Shown in pieces: positions 25,835 to 38,605 of a stretch of 64,000 nt of DNA. The position numbers and the translations under genes were made by a program. The notes below the pieces were generated by a model. It saw nothing but the letters and a program-made list of their open reading frames with translations. It searched no databases and had not been told where the DNA came from. The DNA is taken from assembly GCA_028534125.1 (NCBI GenBank), contig CM052817.1:56732001-56796000 (forward strand), in the 5' to 3' direction. Each line of letters begins with the position of its first letter. The stretch's first letter is position 1. Origin of the DNA: Lama glama (lineage: Eukaryota).

Positions 25835-26421
25835 TGTGGTAGAAAGCTTCTAACATGCTCTAATGAGTCCTACCTCCTTGTATTCACACTCATGTAATTC
25901 GCTCTTGTTGAATGTAAGCTAGATTTAGTGACTCTCGTCTAATGAACAGAATATAACAAACTGATAGAATGTCACTTCCAAGGAAAGGTTTAAAAATGAT
26001 AGTGGCTTCCATTCTGCATGCTTCTCTTGCTTCCTTGCTCTTTTGCTTTGATGGAAGTTAGTTGTCACATTATAAGCTCATCTATGGGAGGGCCCATGTA
26101 GCAAGGGACTTTGGAGGCCTCTTGCCAACGGCAAGCATGGGTAGAGGCCCTTAGTAAAACAATTCCATACGAAGAACTAAATCCTGCCAACTGCTACATG
26201 AATGAGCTTAAAAATAAACTGTCCCTCAGCCACGCTTTCAGATGAGAATATAGCCCCAGTAGATACCTGGATTGTAACCTTATGAGACCATGAACCAGAA
26301 GCACCCAGCTAAGCTTTACCCAGATAAGAATCTGCATAGAAATTGTGAAATAATAACCATTTGTTGTCTTAAGCCTTTAAATTTGGGGTAATATGTTACA
26401 CAACAACATATAACTAACAGA
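25835..26421 (+). mobile_element. MaLR LTR (MLT1E/F-like)
   Basis: tgtggtag...cctacctccttgtattcacac...aatcctgccaac...ttgttgtcttaagcctttaaatttggggtaatatgttacacaacaacatataactaac; near-TSD acaag/acaac. Confidence 0.88.
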
Positions 26422-27134
26422 ACAACAACAAAAAAATTAATAACTTGCAAAAGATTGTCATTTGGCCCAAGATTTAAAGTTTGATTTCAGTTTAATGTTA
26501 AACTAAATCAAATTGTCCAAAATACATAAGATATATTTTGCAATTTCCTTAAAAATAACAATAAATTCAGGTTAAATTAGAAAATAATTATTCATAAAAA
26601 TACTCATCTCTAATTTAGTTAACATCTACTATAGAGTACTTCATAAAGGATTTGTAACAATATAAAAAACTATATCCTTATAATAGTAAATGACATCTCT
26701 TACGACTTTAATCAGATTTGATAGGAATACTTGAAGCTCAATGATGTCTCTGAAAAGCAAGCAAAGATGCCTTCAAATTTTTAAAATATTACTTTGATTT
26801 TAATTTGTAAATCTCTTGAAATTGCTCTTTTTATTATCCTGATGTAGAATACAAAATAGTAAGACTTTGCAAACACATAGTATTTATGTAGCCATCTATT
26901 TTATATATGTGAAACTTATGTCAAATATATATTTAAGCTGTTCATGATAGATTATTTTTTAGAGGTTAGAAAGTAATGATTCTTAGACTAATGCCTTACT
27001 TTTAAGTTCACATCTATTAACAAATGCTGGAACTTTTCAGTAGTTTATAATTATGCTATTTTAATACATGATTTAAAAAATTACATTTTACTAAATTTTT
27101 GTGCAAAAATCAAATTCATGTCAAGATTTCTGGA

Positions 27135-27285
27135 CCTCTCTCTCTCTGTTGGAGACAGCCCGCACTCTGTCTATGGAGCGTGTACCTACTTTTAATCTAA
27201 GCACCCAACCCACATATCTTGTGGCCTTTCTCTTGCCTTTCAATGTATCTCTCTGAATAAATCTACCTTTACTCAAAAAAAAAAA
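27135..27285 (+). mobile_element. Polyadenylated retrocopy of the R region of a MER41-like LTR
   Basis: Homologous to 3591-3670; AATAAA at 27256, then 13 nt, then poly(A) at 27275-27286; 9-bp TSD ATTTCTGGA (27126-27134 and 27286-27294). Confidence 0.8.
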
Positions 27286-27404
27286 ATTTCTGGAAACCTG
27301 AAAACTGTAAGCTATTTAATGGTACATAATCATATTAAAAGTGGCAATTTCTTGAAAGCAAAAAAAAAAAAAAGTTTCCATCAAATAAAGATGCAGCACA
27401 GAGA

Positions 27405-27982
27405 TGTTAGACATTTAGATAGAAATGAGCACCGAGCAGGGGGAAAGGAAGGGGGAAGGAGCAACCCAGAAAATAACAATATGCCTGCACTCAGGATAAG
27501 GGGCTCCAACATTTTTTACTTTCTATAAATGAGGGCCAGTGAAGAAGTCGACTAGAATTGAATGCTGTGGCTGCACAATAGACAGAAGGACCCAGCTTAA
27601 CTTGACCCAGTGATCATTATAATGTAATTAACACTGCAGTTTGAGCCTCTCCTGCAGGTTTCTCTGTGTGCATCATGGGTAAGAACACGCACAAAAGGGA
27701 TGGGCGTGCCTGAGAACAAGGAAAGTGAACTGTGAATCAATCAACCACGAAAAACGTCCCCTAAGCCAGGATGTAAGACACAGAAAAACAAGGAGTAGTC
27801 CCCTTTTTCCTCTCTTGGATTGGCCCACTCCCAGTTCTCGGATGTGTACTATATTTTACTACCTTTTTACTTCGCTAATAAAATCTTCTGTTTATATCAC
27901 GCTTTCTGTCTCTCATTAAAAGTTCATTTTTTTCAAGTAACTAAGAACCGAGGTAACTTCTACTCCCTTCTTCTCTGTAACA
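27405..27982 (+). mobile_element. ERV1-type solo LTR (family not identified)
   Basis: TGTTA...TAACA termini; perfect 4-bp TSD GAGA (27401-27404 and 27983-27986); AATAAA at 27877; several retained CpGs. Confidence 0.85.
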
Positions 27983-28232
27983 GAGACATTTTATAATTTA
28001 TACCCCAAATGATAAAGAACTGACACTAAAAGACATCAAAAAGAATATAGGGAACAGAAGACGACATGTTTTAGAAGCAAAAAGGGGAGAATCAAAATAT
28101 CTTTTTAGAAAATCTTTAGATAAAATAATATCCTAAAAGTTTTAAATATTTGAAATATTTCAAAGTATATTTCCATTACTATATGCAGGAAATATAATCG
28201 GTAAGAACTGTGCCCCATATCCGCATAGGGGA

Positions 28233-28759
28233 TGTTGTGGGACACAATGCCACAGTCGCCTGTGGTTAAAAGAATTTACCAAGGACCAAAGACAATGGAT
28301 CTAAGAACAAAAGGAAGGTTTAATAGATACACTGCTACAGGCAACAGGGAGGTGCCTGTGTGAGCACCAAGGGTGGACGTGCAGGGCCTTTTATTGGGGG
28401 AAAGGAGCTATGAACACAAGGAATAGGGGGTTGAAAGATCAATTTGTGTACAAATACATGATTGACTGTAAGATCTATTAGGGGCTTGTATCAATAATAG
28501 CATTATAACTCTGATAAGGGCAGGATGTGAGGCTTGTCCACCTAGGGCATTGTGAAATGGGCTATTTCTTGGGGCAGTTTACCTTTGTTAGGGTAAACAT
28601 ACATTAAGAGAAGATATTTTTATCTTGCAGAAATGGGGGTATGCGAAGGGTCCTGCAGTGGGGAATAGGGGGTTAATAGGTGTTATAGGCTCCAGGCACA
28701 TGGAAAGCCCAAGAGTGGGGAGTTTTTATGAACTTCAGAGAGCCTCAGCCAGCTCCACA
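28233..28759 (-). mobile_element. ERV solo LTR (family not identified)
   Basis: TGT...ACA termini; perfect 5-bp TSD GGGGA (28228-28232 and 28760-28764); ATTAAA on the minus strand near 28320 and a TATA-like AATAAAAGG near 28390. Confidence 0.8.
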
Positions 28760-29341
28760 GGGGAGGATATGTTCCATGTGTTCTTTATTTCCATTTGGAA
28801 GTGTCAGTTTTGGAAGCAATTGAGAAGTAGACTGATCTGAACAAGCTGATCATCTTGACTCTTTAAATGACTGACAGGCTGTGTCACTCCTCCATGTGAG
28901 TGCATCCAACTGTTATATGACACCTCACAATGCCGTGAAATGGTTTAATTAATTCTTGATAAACTGAGTTACCCTCAAAATATTTAAAAGGTTCAATAAC
29001 TGGACCACACTCTACAGTGGTATCTCTTTTGACTTCAAAGATAAAAGAACAGACAAAAATACTAAGTATTTATGACAAAGGTCTCACAGTACTAAATAGT
29101 AATAAAATTACTAGTTCTTAAAAATAGTTCTCAGGAATATGTAGGTGTATGTCTCCTTAATGAGCACATTTTGAGTTAGTCTTCCAAAGGCAAACTATCA
29201 TGCTTTGTAATAAAACATTTTTTGCATCTGCTGCCAAAAGTAGAGTACTGAGTTAGAAAGCAGTCTTAAAGTACAGATAAATAAAAAGAGAAAAGTATAA
29301 GAAAAAACAACTCAGCTTATATAAATCTTAATAGACTGTTT

Positions 29342-29480
29342 CAGCAGGTCTCAAAGTGTGATCTTGAAGTTCCTGGAGACATCGTGACAGTTTTAAGGAA
29401 TCTGTAAGGTTAATAGTTAAAATGAAGCTAAATATAAAATACATATTTTTTACTTTTAATCACTCTAAAGTGTAATGGAC
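29342..29480 (+). mobile_element. hAT-Charlie terminal fragment
   Basis: cagcaggtctcaaagtgtgatc...tctgtaaggt resembles a Charlie 5' end. Confidence 0.5.
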
Positions 29481-29489
29481 TGTATATGT

Positions 29490-30790
29490 AAAAATACTAA
29501 GAATATATTGAAGATTTTAAGTATATGTACAACTAAAATGTAAGACAAAATAGCACAAAAAGTGAGATGAAGGAATAGGGAACATAGTTGTAAGGTGTTT
29601 AGACTACATATGAAGCTGTGTAATATAATTTGAAGCTAGATTGCAATCAACTAAAGATTTCTATTGTAAATCTTATAGAAATTACTAAAGTAAAACAAAA
29701 TATAACTTTTTAAAAAACAATGGTAGACCTAAAATGGGATCATAAAAAATACTTAAATAATCCAACAGCAAGCAGAAAAAAAAATTGAAGTGAGAGGGAC
29801 AAACAACAAACAAAACAAGTAAAAAGCAACTAGAAAAAAATGTAGCCTTTAATCCTCCTATATCAATATTTACACTAAATGTAAATTATCTAAACATGCA
29901 ATTAAAGACAGAAAGACTGGATAAAAAGCAAGACTCAAGTATATGTCATCCATAAGAATCTCATTTTAAAAAATAAGGCAATAAATACATTAAAAGGATG
30001 AAAAAAGATACAGCACGAAAACAGTAATCAAAAGGAAGCCTGAATGGCTACATTAACATCAGACAAAGTAAACTTCAAGAAAAGAAAATTATTGGAAATA
30101 AAAGGAGACATTCTATAGTGGTGAAAGTGTCAATATACCAAAAAGCCATAATAATCCTAAATGTATATGTATATAACAACAGATATTCAAAATACATAAA
30201 ACAAAAACTGATGGAACTGAAAAAACAAATGAACAAATCTACAATTAAAATCTGATACTTTAATACTCGTTTCTCAATGAGAAATAAAACAAATAGATAG
30301 GAAATGAATACAGATATAGAAGGTCAGGTCAACATCATCAACCTATTTTCCTAATCGATGTTTACTGACATTTGTAGAATAATCCACATAACAAGAATAG
30401 AATATACAATCTTTTCAGATACACATGGAGCATTCACCAAGATAAACAATAATCTGGGCCGTAAACCAACCTACATTAAAAAAAAAGCCAGTATATTTTT
30501 CGATATAACAGAATAAGAAGAAAATCATATGATCATACCAAAATGATATAGAAGAAAAAGTGTAACCAAACTCAGCTTATAATCAGGATAATTCTCAGCA
30601 AATCAAGATTAGAAAAGAATCTTCTTAATTGTTAAAAGATATGTACAAAGAGATCCTACAGTAATATTATACGTGGTAAGAGTCTGAATGCTTCCTCCTT
30701 AAGTTCAGGAATAAAGTCAGAAAGCTCACTTTCACCACTCCTGTTCAACAAAGACCGTAGACCTTAGCCGATACAAAACAACAAAACTGT
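29490..30790 (+). mobile_element. Old L1 (L1M-type) linker and ORF2 fragments
   Basis: tacactaaatgtaaattatctaaacatgcaattaaagacaga...acatcagacaaagtaaacttcaaga...acacatggagcattcaccaagata, then RT-region ctcactttcaccactcctgttcaaca. Confidence 0.85.
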
Positions 30791-30794
30791 TAAA

Positions 30795-31045
30795 AGACAA
30801 ACAGGAAAACAAATTTATGGTTGCCAAAGGGGAAAGGGGAGGGGGAGGGATAAATTAGGAGTATGGGATTAATAGATATACACCATTATATATAAAATAG
30901 ATAAACAACAAGGATTTACTGTATAGCACATAGAACTGCATTTAATATCTTATAATAACCTATAATAGAAAAGAATCTGAAGCTGCACACATGAAACTAA
31001 TACAATACTGTAAAATAACTATAGTTAAATAAATAAAAAGAAACA
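30795..31045 (+). mobile_element. Cetartiodactyl-type L1 3' UTR insertion
   Basis: aaacaaatttatggttgccaaaggggaaagggg...gggataaattaggagtatgggattaatagatatacac...acaaggatttactgtatagcaca followed by an A-rich tail. Confidence 0.88.
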
Positions 31046-31649
31046 AAATAAAAAACATACAGAAAGGGGGGAATAAAACTATCTATTTACAATATAATTA
31101 ACCAGATGGAAAAAAATTTATACATAAGAAGGAATTGTGAGTAAAAATATATCCATAAAAATATAAATAAATCTAAAACCATTATTTGTAAAAACAACAA
31201 TAATCAAATGTAATATGTAATCTTAGTAAATTAGTCACATTATCCTCTGCTCACATCGTTCTTAGTGAAGTTCTTTAATGAAGATTCTCTCACACTCTTT
31301 TCAGTCAAATGTAAAACTTCTTGATGGCATGGATCCCATCTTTTTAATCTCATATCCATAATGCTTAGTGAAGTATCAGATAAAAAAAGATTTAATACAG
31401 TCTATGAATCAGAAATCAAAAATTAGTAGCAAGGACAATTAGAGTCAAAGACCGCAAACAAACCTAAAGCATGAGGCTAAAAGTAAAACCCTAGAAAAAT
31501 CATAATTTGTAAAGCTTAATGAGAGTTTATAAGAATTAAAAATAATAATAAGGTTCTTGCTTCATTTTGTGGTGAGAAAAAAATTCATTAACTTTAAGCT
31601 TTCTAATTAAGTATTTATGGTAAAATTTCAAGCGTAGTAATAAAAATTA

Positions 31650-34600
31650 CAAAAAGAAGGTACAGAAATTCAAATCCAGTTGAGGGAAACATATCAGAAT
31701 ATTAAAAAATAACCTATTCTAAAAAGAGAAAGAAAGAGGGAAGAAAAGACACATAGACAAATGATGTATATAGAGAGAATGAAATAATATGTTAAAAATG
31801 AAACCATATACAAAATATAAATGAGGAAAATTCACCAGTTAAAATACAAAGATTTTCAAATGTAATTTCTAGATAAAATATTTATGCATTGCATATTTAT
31901 AGCTAGATATGACTTTCAAGAGACAAGTGAAACATAAGAACCTGAAAAGGTTGAAAGTAAAAGGCTAGAAAAGGCTAAGCAAACAAGGACCAAACAATAA
32001 CTGGACTATTTATGTCAGTATCAGTTTAATATCACACAATTAAACATAAAGCATTATTAAAGCTATATAGGGTTTTTAATGATTAAGCTTCATTTTACAA
32101 TATAATCTTAAAAATTTTAAACATATGCACCTAATAAAATATCCTTTAAAAGTATGAATTAAATTAGTGTGAATGTAGAAAATTGGGACAATATAATTAT
32201 CATCTTGATCTAATCAACATACACTGAACATTGCACCTCACAGATTATAGCCTTCCCTCTCAAGAACACATGGAACATTTTAAAAAATTTAACATTAGAT
32301 TAATAATTTGGTATATTAAGCCACAAAGATATCTGAAAAAATTTCAAAGAATCAGTAACATATTATCTGACTAAATCAACTGATGAATAAATTTGAAAAT
32401 TTAAAATTACACTTCCAAATAATTGATAGGTCAAAGAAGATACCTTAAAAAAACATTAAAGTGTTCTTACAGTAGAAAAGAAGAAAGCAATAAAATTAGG
32501 AGCCTGCCATCCAAATTTAGTTGTAAGGAGAATAGAACAAATCCAAAGAAAACAACTGATATCAAATAAAACAATGGTATAAATTAAATAGCAAAACATA
32601 GTATAGGTAAGATAAAATAGCTACAAATTGATTCTTTGAAATGAATAATAAGCAAACCTCTAGTGATGCTGATTAAGAAAAAGGACAGAAAGCACACATA
32701 AACAAGAGTCAATGACTACAGCCACAGTAAAGATTTTAAAATAGAATGTCTATGTAGTCCTATATTGCACAATTGCCAAAATACTACTACCTTCAAATGT
32801 CCTGGTAGCCTAGTACGGCTTGGAACAATTGACTTAGGGTATCATGATTAAAGTAATTGAATTGTAATTATATAAAATACTTAGGAATAAATCTAACCAA
32901 GGAGGTGAAAGAATTATACACAGAAAACTATAAACCACTGATGAAGGAAATTAAAGAAGACTTTAAAAATGGAAAGATATACCATGTTCTTGGATTGGAA
33001 GAATCAGTATTGTCAAAATGGTCACACTGCCCAAGGCAATCTACAGATTTAATGCAATCCCTATCAAATTACCCAGGACATATTTCACAGAACTACAACA
33101 AATCATAATAAAATTTATATGGAACCATCAAAGACCTAGAATTGCCAAAGCATTACTGAAGAGAAAGAAAGAGGCTGGAGGAATAACCTCCCAGACTTCA
33201 GACAATACTACAGAGCTGAAGTAATCAAGACAGCATGGTATTGGTACAAAAACAGACATATAGACCAATGGAACAGAATAGAGAGCCCAGAAATGAACCC
33301 ACAAACTTTTGGTCAACTTATCTTCGACAAAGGAGGCAAGAATATACAATGGAATAAAGACAGTCTCTTCAGCAAATGGTGTTGGGAAAACTGGACAGCA
33401 GCATGTAATACAATGAAGCTAGAACACTCCCTTACACCATATACAAAAATAAACTCAAAATGGATCAAAGACTGAAACATAAGACAAGATACAATAAACC
33501 TCCTAGAGGAAAATATAGGCAAAACATTATCTGACAATACATCTCAAAAATTTTCTCCTAGAAGAAATAAAAGCAAGAATAAACAAACGTGACCCAATGA
33601 AACACACACACTTTTGAACAACAAAGGAAACCGTAAGTCAAACAAAAAGACAACCTACGGAATGGGAAAAAAATTCTGCAAATGAAACTGACAAAGGCTT
33701 GATCTCCAGAATACATAAGCAGCTCATATGACTCAATAAGAAAAACATAAACAACCCAATCCAAAAATGGGCAAAAGACCTAAACAAGCAATTCTCCAAG
33801 GAAGACATACAAATGATCAATAGACACATGAAAAAATGCTCAATATCACTAATTATCAGAGAAATGCAAATCAAAAACTACAATGAGGTATCACCTCACA
33901 CCAGTCAGAATGGCCATCATTCAAAAATCCACAAATGACAAATGCTGGAGAGGCTGTGGAGAAAATGGAACCCTCCTTCACTGTTGGTGGGAAGCAGTTT
34001 GGTGCACCCACTGTGAAAAACACTATGGAGATTCCTCAAAAGACTAGGAATAGACTTACCATATGACCCAGGAATCCCACTCCTGGGCATATATCCAGAA
34101 GGAACCCTACTTCAGGATGACACCTGCACCCCAATGTTCATAGCAGCACTATTTACAATAGCCAAAACATGGAAACAGCCTAAATGTCCATCAACAGATG
34201 ACTGGGTAAAGAAGAGGTGGTATATTTATACAATGGAATACTACTCAGCCATAAAAACCGACAACATAATGCCATTTGCAGCAACATGGATGCTCCTGGA
34301 GAATGTCATTCTAAGTGAAGTAAGCCAGAAAGAGAAAGAAAAATACCATATGAGATCACTCATATGTGGAATCTCAAAAAAAAAAAACAAACCAAAACAA
34401 CAACAAAAAACAAAGCATAAATACAAACCAAAAATAGACTCACAGACAAAATACAAACTTGTGGTTGCCAAGGGGGCAGGGGGTGGGAAGAGATAGACTG
34501 GGATTTCAAAATTGTAGAATAGATAAACAAGATTATACTGTATAGCACAGGGAAATATACACAAGATCTTATGGTAGCTCACAGAGAAAAAAATGTGACA

Positions 34601-35460
34601 ATGAATATATATATGTTCATGTATAACTGAAAAATTGTGCTCTACACTGGAATTTGACACAACATTGTGAAGTGATTATAAATCAATAAAAAATGTTAAA
34701 AAAAAAAAAGAACTGTAATTACAATCTTATACCAGGATACCACCAGATTCTGGCTGTTTTATACTTTGAAGGTAAGATTACTTCTATCCAATACAAAGAC
34801 TTCTATATTATGGAAAGGGAGAAAATATACACCAAATTATTTATAAAATAATGATATAGCATTTATAGCAAAACCAACAAAAACAGTACAGGAAAGAAAA
34901 ATCACAAGGTGATAACAGACATAAAAACCTGAAAAAAAAAAAAAGCAATGACAAACCATACTAAGCAAACTTTTAAAAAAATTATATGTCATGACCACCT
35001 CAGTTTTATACAGAAATGAAATGTTACTTTAATATTTTTAAAATCTATTAAAGAAAATTCACCTAATTTCCAGGCTGAAGGAGAAAAACTATACTTGGAT
35101 CTCACTAAACAGTAGAAATATGTTTCAATAAAAACTCAATACTTGTTTGTGATAAAACCAAACAATTTGAAAACTAAGAATATGAGGAAAGGTATCTACT
35201 GGAAATCTTAAAAATGTAAATCATCATCACATTTAATAGTGAAATGCTAGAAACATTCTTTTTAAAATAAGAAAAAGAGATAATGATACTCACCACCACA
35301 AATTCTACTCAACAGTGCTCCAAAGCTATTAGCCAGTACAGTGAAAAAAGAAAGACAAATAAAATATCTAGAGAATGAAAAGATGTAACCATGACTTTCA
35401 GTATGTGAAGGAAGATATAAATGTATATACAGTATATAAAATCTAGAAGTAAATTATTAG
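31650..35460 (+). mobile_element. Very old L1 (L1ME-like) ORF2 remnant hosting a younger L1
   Basis: A-rich, ORF2-like blocks at 31800-32760 and 34850-35460 (aagaacacatggaacattt, attctttgaaatgaataataagcaaacctctag, ctcaccaccacaaattctactcaacagtgc). Confidence 0.65.
32871..34709 (+). mobile_element. Young 5'-truncated L1 (ORF2 C-terminal part, 3' UTR and poly(A)); frameshifted
   Basis: Supplied ORFs read [58 protein letters not shown] and MFIAALFTIAKTWKQPKCPS; 12-bp TSD GAA(T/C)TGTAATTA (32859-32870 and 34710-34721). Confidence 0.97.
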
Positions 35461-35674
35461 AAGTAGTAAAGTATTTAGTATTTAGGATTTCTAAATAATA
35501 TCCCCATAATTACTTATTTTATATTTATCCTAAATATATCCAAAATATTTTTAAATTTAGGATAAGAAATTTTACAGTTGTTCTCAAATTTTAAATATTG
35601 CAATATTAGTCCCACAATTAGCATTGAACAAAGTAGTTCCCCATTCATCAGAAACTAAGATTTTGTATTGTGGG

Positions 35675-35743
35675 GTTTTTTGTTTTTTTTTTGTTTTTAT
35701 TGAAGTATAGTTGATTTACAATATTGTGTTAGTTTCTGGTGTA
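35675..35743 (-). mobile_element. Very short L1 3' tail
   Basis: T-rich tail followed by ttattgaagtatagttgatttacaatattgtgttagtttctggtgta. Confidence 0.8.
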
Positions 35744-37199
35744 AGGATTCTGCATTACGTTTTAAAGTTAATGTATTAGTCACTTTATTTGGCTTGTAAG
35801 GGCAATTTTAAAGAAGAAAATGTATCTTTTGTACATGTTGGATTAGTTAGAAATGTTAGTTATGTATAGTTAATTATCACCAGATAAATGGTTGAATTCA
35901 ATCTCCTATCATAACTGTAGTTTACAATTTTGAGAGAACAGTTTACTACAATAAACATTTTAACAAATATGGTGTCTATAGCAAAAAGCAAAATGAAAAC
36001 AAAAAAACCTATTTATTTCACATCTACAAAGCAACATTTTTGAAACCATTATACAAAATGTCCAATTTAACAGAAAAATAACTTTGTCCTTTTTAGCATA
36101 CAGTTTGAGATAGACTCAACTTTATGCTAAGAAGTAGAATAAATAAAGATGACTTACATTTTATAATCACAGCTATGTAAAAATATTTATCTACTTAATA
36201 AGATGAAATTATCCTCAAAGTTTGGCTTCTGAAAACACCTGTGTTAACAGATTCCCCTTCTAATAAGGCTCTCCTTCAATTGTGACTGAGGCCTGGTTTT
36301 GCTTCTGCTACACCTCCTGCTTAAGGCTGTATTGAAACATTTGCTTTTCCCCCACATGTTAGTAATCTTGACAAAATAAATTATTTTCAAAGTATATCAA
36401 GTTAAAATTCTTTATGGAATTATGGGATATACTATACTCAAATTCCATGTGATGTCAGCCACAAATAATTACTTAAGTTTTTTAACAGGTAATTGATCTT
36501 TACCGATTATTTTTGATAACACCTACACAGAATAATAAATTATTCAATAAAGTCATGCCTAGTTCACCATTTTAAAAGTCTGCTTTCTACATCATGGCCC
36601 AAATATGCAGACTATGCAGTTGAGCCAAAATGACTTCAACATATTCATATAAAAGACGAAAGGAAGAGAGGTTCAACACAGCTGTGTTTTACAGTCTTTG
36701 AAATTATTCACTTTATCAGGGAAATATTCTAACTTATCCTTACTGTCATAAGATTATTAAGACACAATTCTTGGTGACAGACATCAGTCACCAAGGACTT
36801 AACCCAAGCTACTGAAATGCAGGCCAAACTGATTCTTATTTACAAAGTCTGAGTAAAAGGCAAAGAAGGCAGTTTTCTTCATAATACGTTTAAGAGTGTG
36901 AACATTGTCAAGAGAGGAATCATGTTGACTGAAATCTCTTTCCATTATGTAAAATATTGCATGTGAATATATTATTTTATATTTTTTGCAGATGAAGTAT
37001 AAGACCATTAGCATGTATTTCTTTTAGGAGAAACAGAAGCGCATTTCCCTTACCACTGTCATCTGCTAAAGTCAAGGACTTGAAAGAGCAGTGGGAATGT
37101 TTATAAATTCAAATAAATAAGAAAAGAGAAACAAGCAGCAACGTCTTCTGAATAAGAAGACAGCAATTATGTTGTGATTGCAATATCTTTGTTTCTTTT

Positions 37200-37450
37200 A
37201 TAAGTATTTATTGAGTATTGACCATGGCCTATGCCAGGTCTTTCAAACGCATTATCTGAAATCTTCACCACAAACTAGTAAGGTGGAAATTATTATCTTC
37301 ATGTTGCTGATGAAGAAACTGTGCCTCTGAAAGCTTAATTAAGTATCTTGCCAAAAACTCATAGTTGACAGAGCCAGATTTCAAGCCTGCCGGATGCCAA
37401 AGAAGCCTGCCGGATGCCAAAGCCAGTATTAGCTCCTCTAAGCTACACTT
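37200..37450 (-). mobile_element. MIR SINE containing a perfect 20-bp tandem duplication
   Basis: tatttattgagtatt...tattatcttcatgttgctgatgaagaaactgtgcctc...cttgccaaaaactcatag...cagagccagatttcaagcc. Confidence 0.8.
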
Positions 37451-37482
37451 TCTTTATACCTACCACTACCATGGATGATGCT

Positions 37483-37520
37483 AATAATAACAATAATAAC
37501 AACAACAACAACAACAACAA
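37483..37520. repeat. (AAT)/(AAC)n compound microsatellite
   Basis: aataataacaataataacaacaacaacaacaacaacaa. Confidence 0.9.
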
Positions 37521-37929
37521 ATAAACTTTACTGACCATTTGCTATATAATATATAGTGCTTAGTTTTTTTAAATGTATGATTTCAGTAATTCCTAACAAT
37601 TTAATTGGCCCCTTCTACAATGCCAAACAGATCACTGTAGTTTAAAACTCTTCAAAGGCTCTAAATCCTAGAGTAGTCATCTCCAAACATTTTGGTTGCA
37701 CATTCATCTGCTCCTTAACAACTTTTAAGCATACTCCCAACATGGTATATTTATTTACTTACAAGTTAGATACATATATATGATGCAGCATACTTTAAAA
37801 TAAAAATTAAAGAATGATATAATGTTATATAGAAGTTCTAATATATTCCTGCATACTCTGAAGGAATATATTAAGCAAAAATCTGCATTCATCACACATA
37901 AGAGACCAATATTTTATATGATCAACGCC

Positions 37930-38265
37930 TGACTCCTCCACATGGGAGGCCCTCTCTAACATTCCAGCTGAACTGAATTATTTCAATACACTCAGCAGCT
38001 TCACACCTATGTTTATTGCTCACATATCTTCCTGTGCCAGGAATGACTTTCTCAGCACATGACAAAAGTCCACTCATCTTTCAAGATGAAGCCACTCATA
38101 ATATTATTGCATTTATACTTGTTTATGTGTCTACCTGACCCTACTTCACTGAGAGCTTCCTGGTGGCCTGAATTTCAACTAAGCCTTGTCTGTGTCTCTA
38201 GTATCCAGTGCAGTGCTTGGCACATAGAAAGCAATGACTTGGAAATAAATAAGTGAATAAAATGC
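37930..38265 (+). mobile_element. L2 3' region
   Basis: ttccagctgaactgaattattt...tcatctttcaagatga...ctgagagcttcctggtggc...cagtgcttggcacatagaaagca...aaataaataagtgaataaa. Confidence 0.75.
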
Positions 38266-38582
38266 ATCTATTCTGTTTTTCACCATGTGTATCCTGTGAT
38301 TTTTCTGTCACACTATATGTTGTTGAAAAATCAGTAGACTAGAAAAAGAAATAAGAATGGAATCTAAAATTATCTTTACCTCCATTGGCTGGGAATATAT
38401 AAACACAGCTGATGTGTGATAAACGGAAACAGGATCACAGAATCAAAGAATTTTACTCCTAGAAGGGACTTTAGACAAGTTAGAGCTGAGGTCAACAAGT
38501 CAAAGGAAGATAAAGGAGTTAGACAGACCAAGAGCAGACACTGCAGCACTGAACAACAGAAGCAATGGAAAAATACTTCGAG

Positions 38583-38605
38583 GTGTGTGTGTGTGTGTGT
38601 GTGTG
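38583..38605. repeat. (GT)11 microsatellite
   Basis: Perfect GT run. Confidence 0.95.

Noticed and set aside
34241..34660. 139-aa minus-strand ORF
   Set aside because: It is the antisense of the L1 ORF2 end and 3' UTR.
35525..35565. 11-bp inverted repeat TTATCCTAAAT / ATTTAGGATAA
   Set aside because: It lies in AT-rich low-complexity sequence and is too short to imply a structured RNA or MITE.
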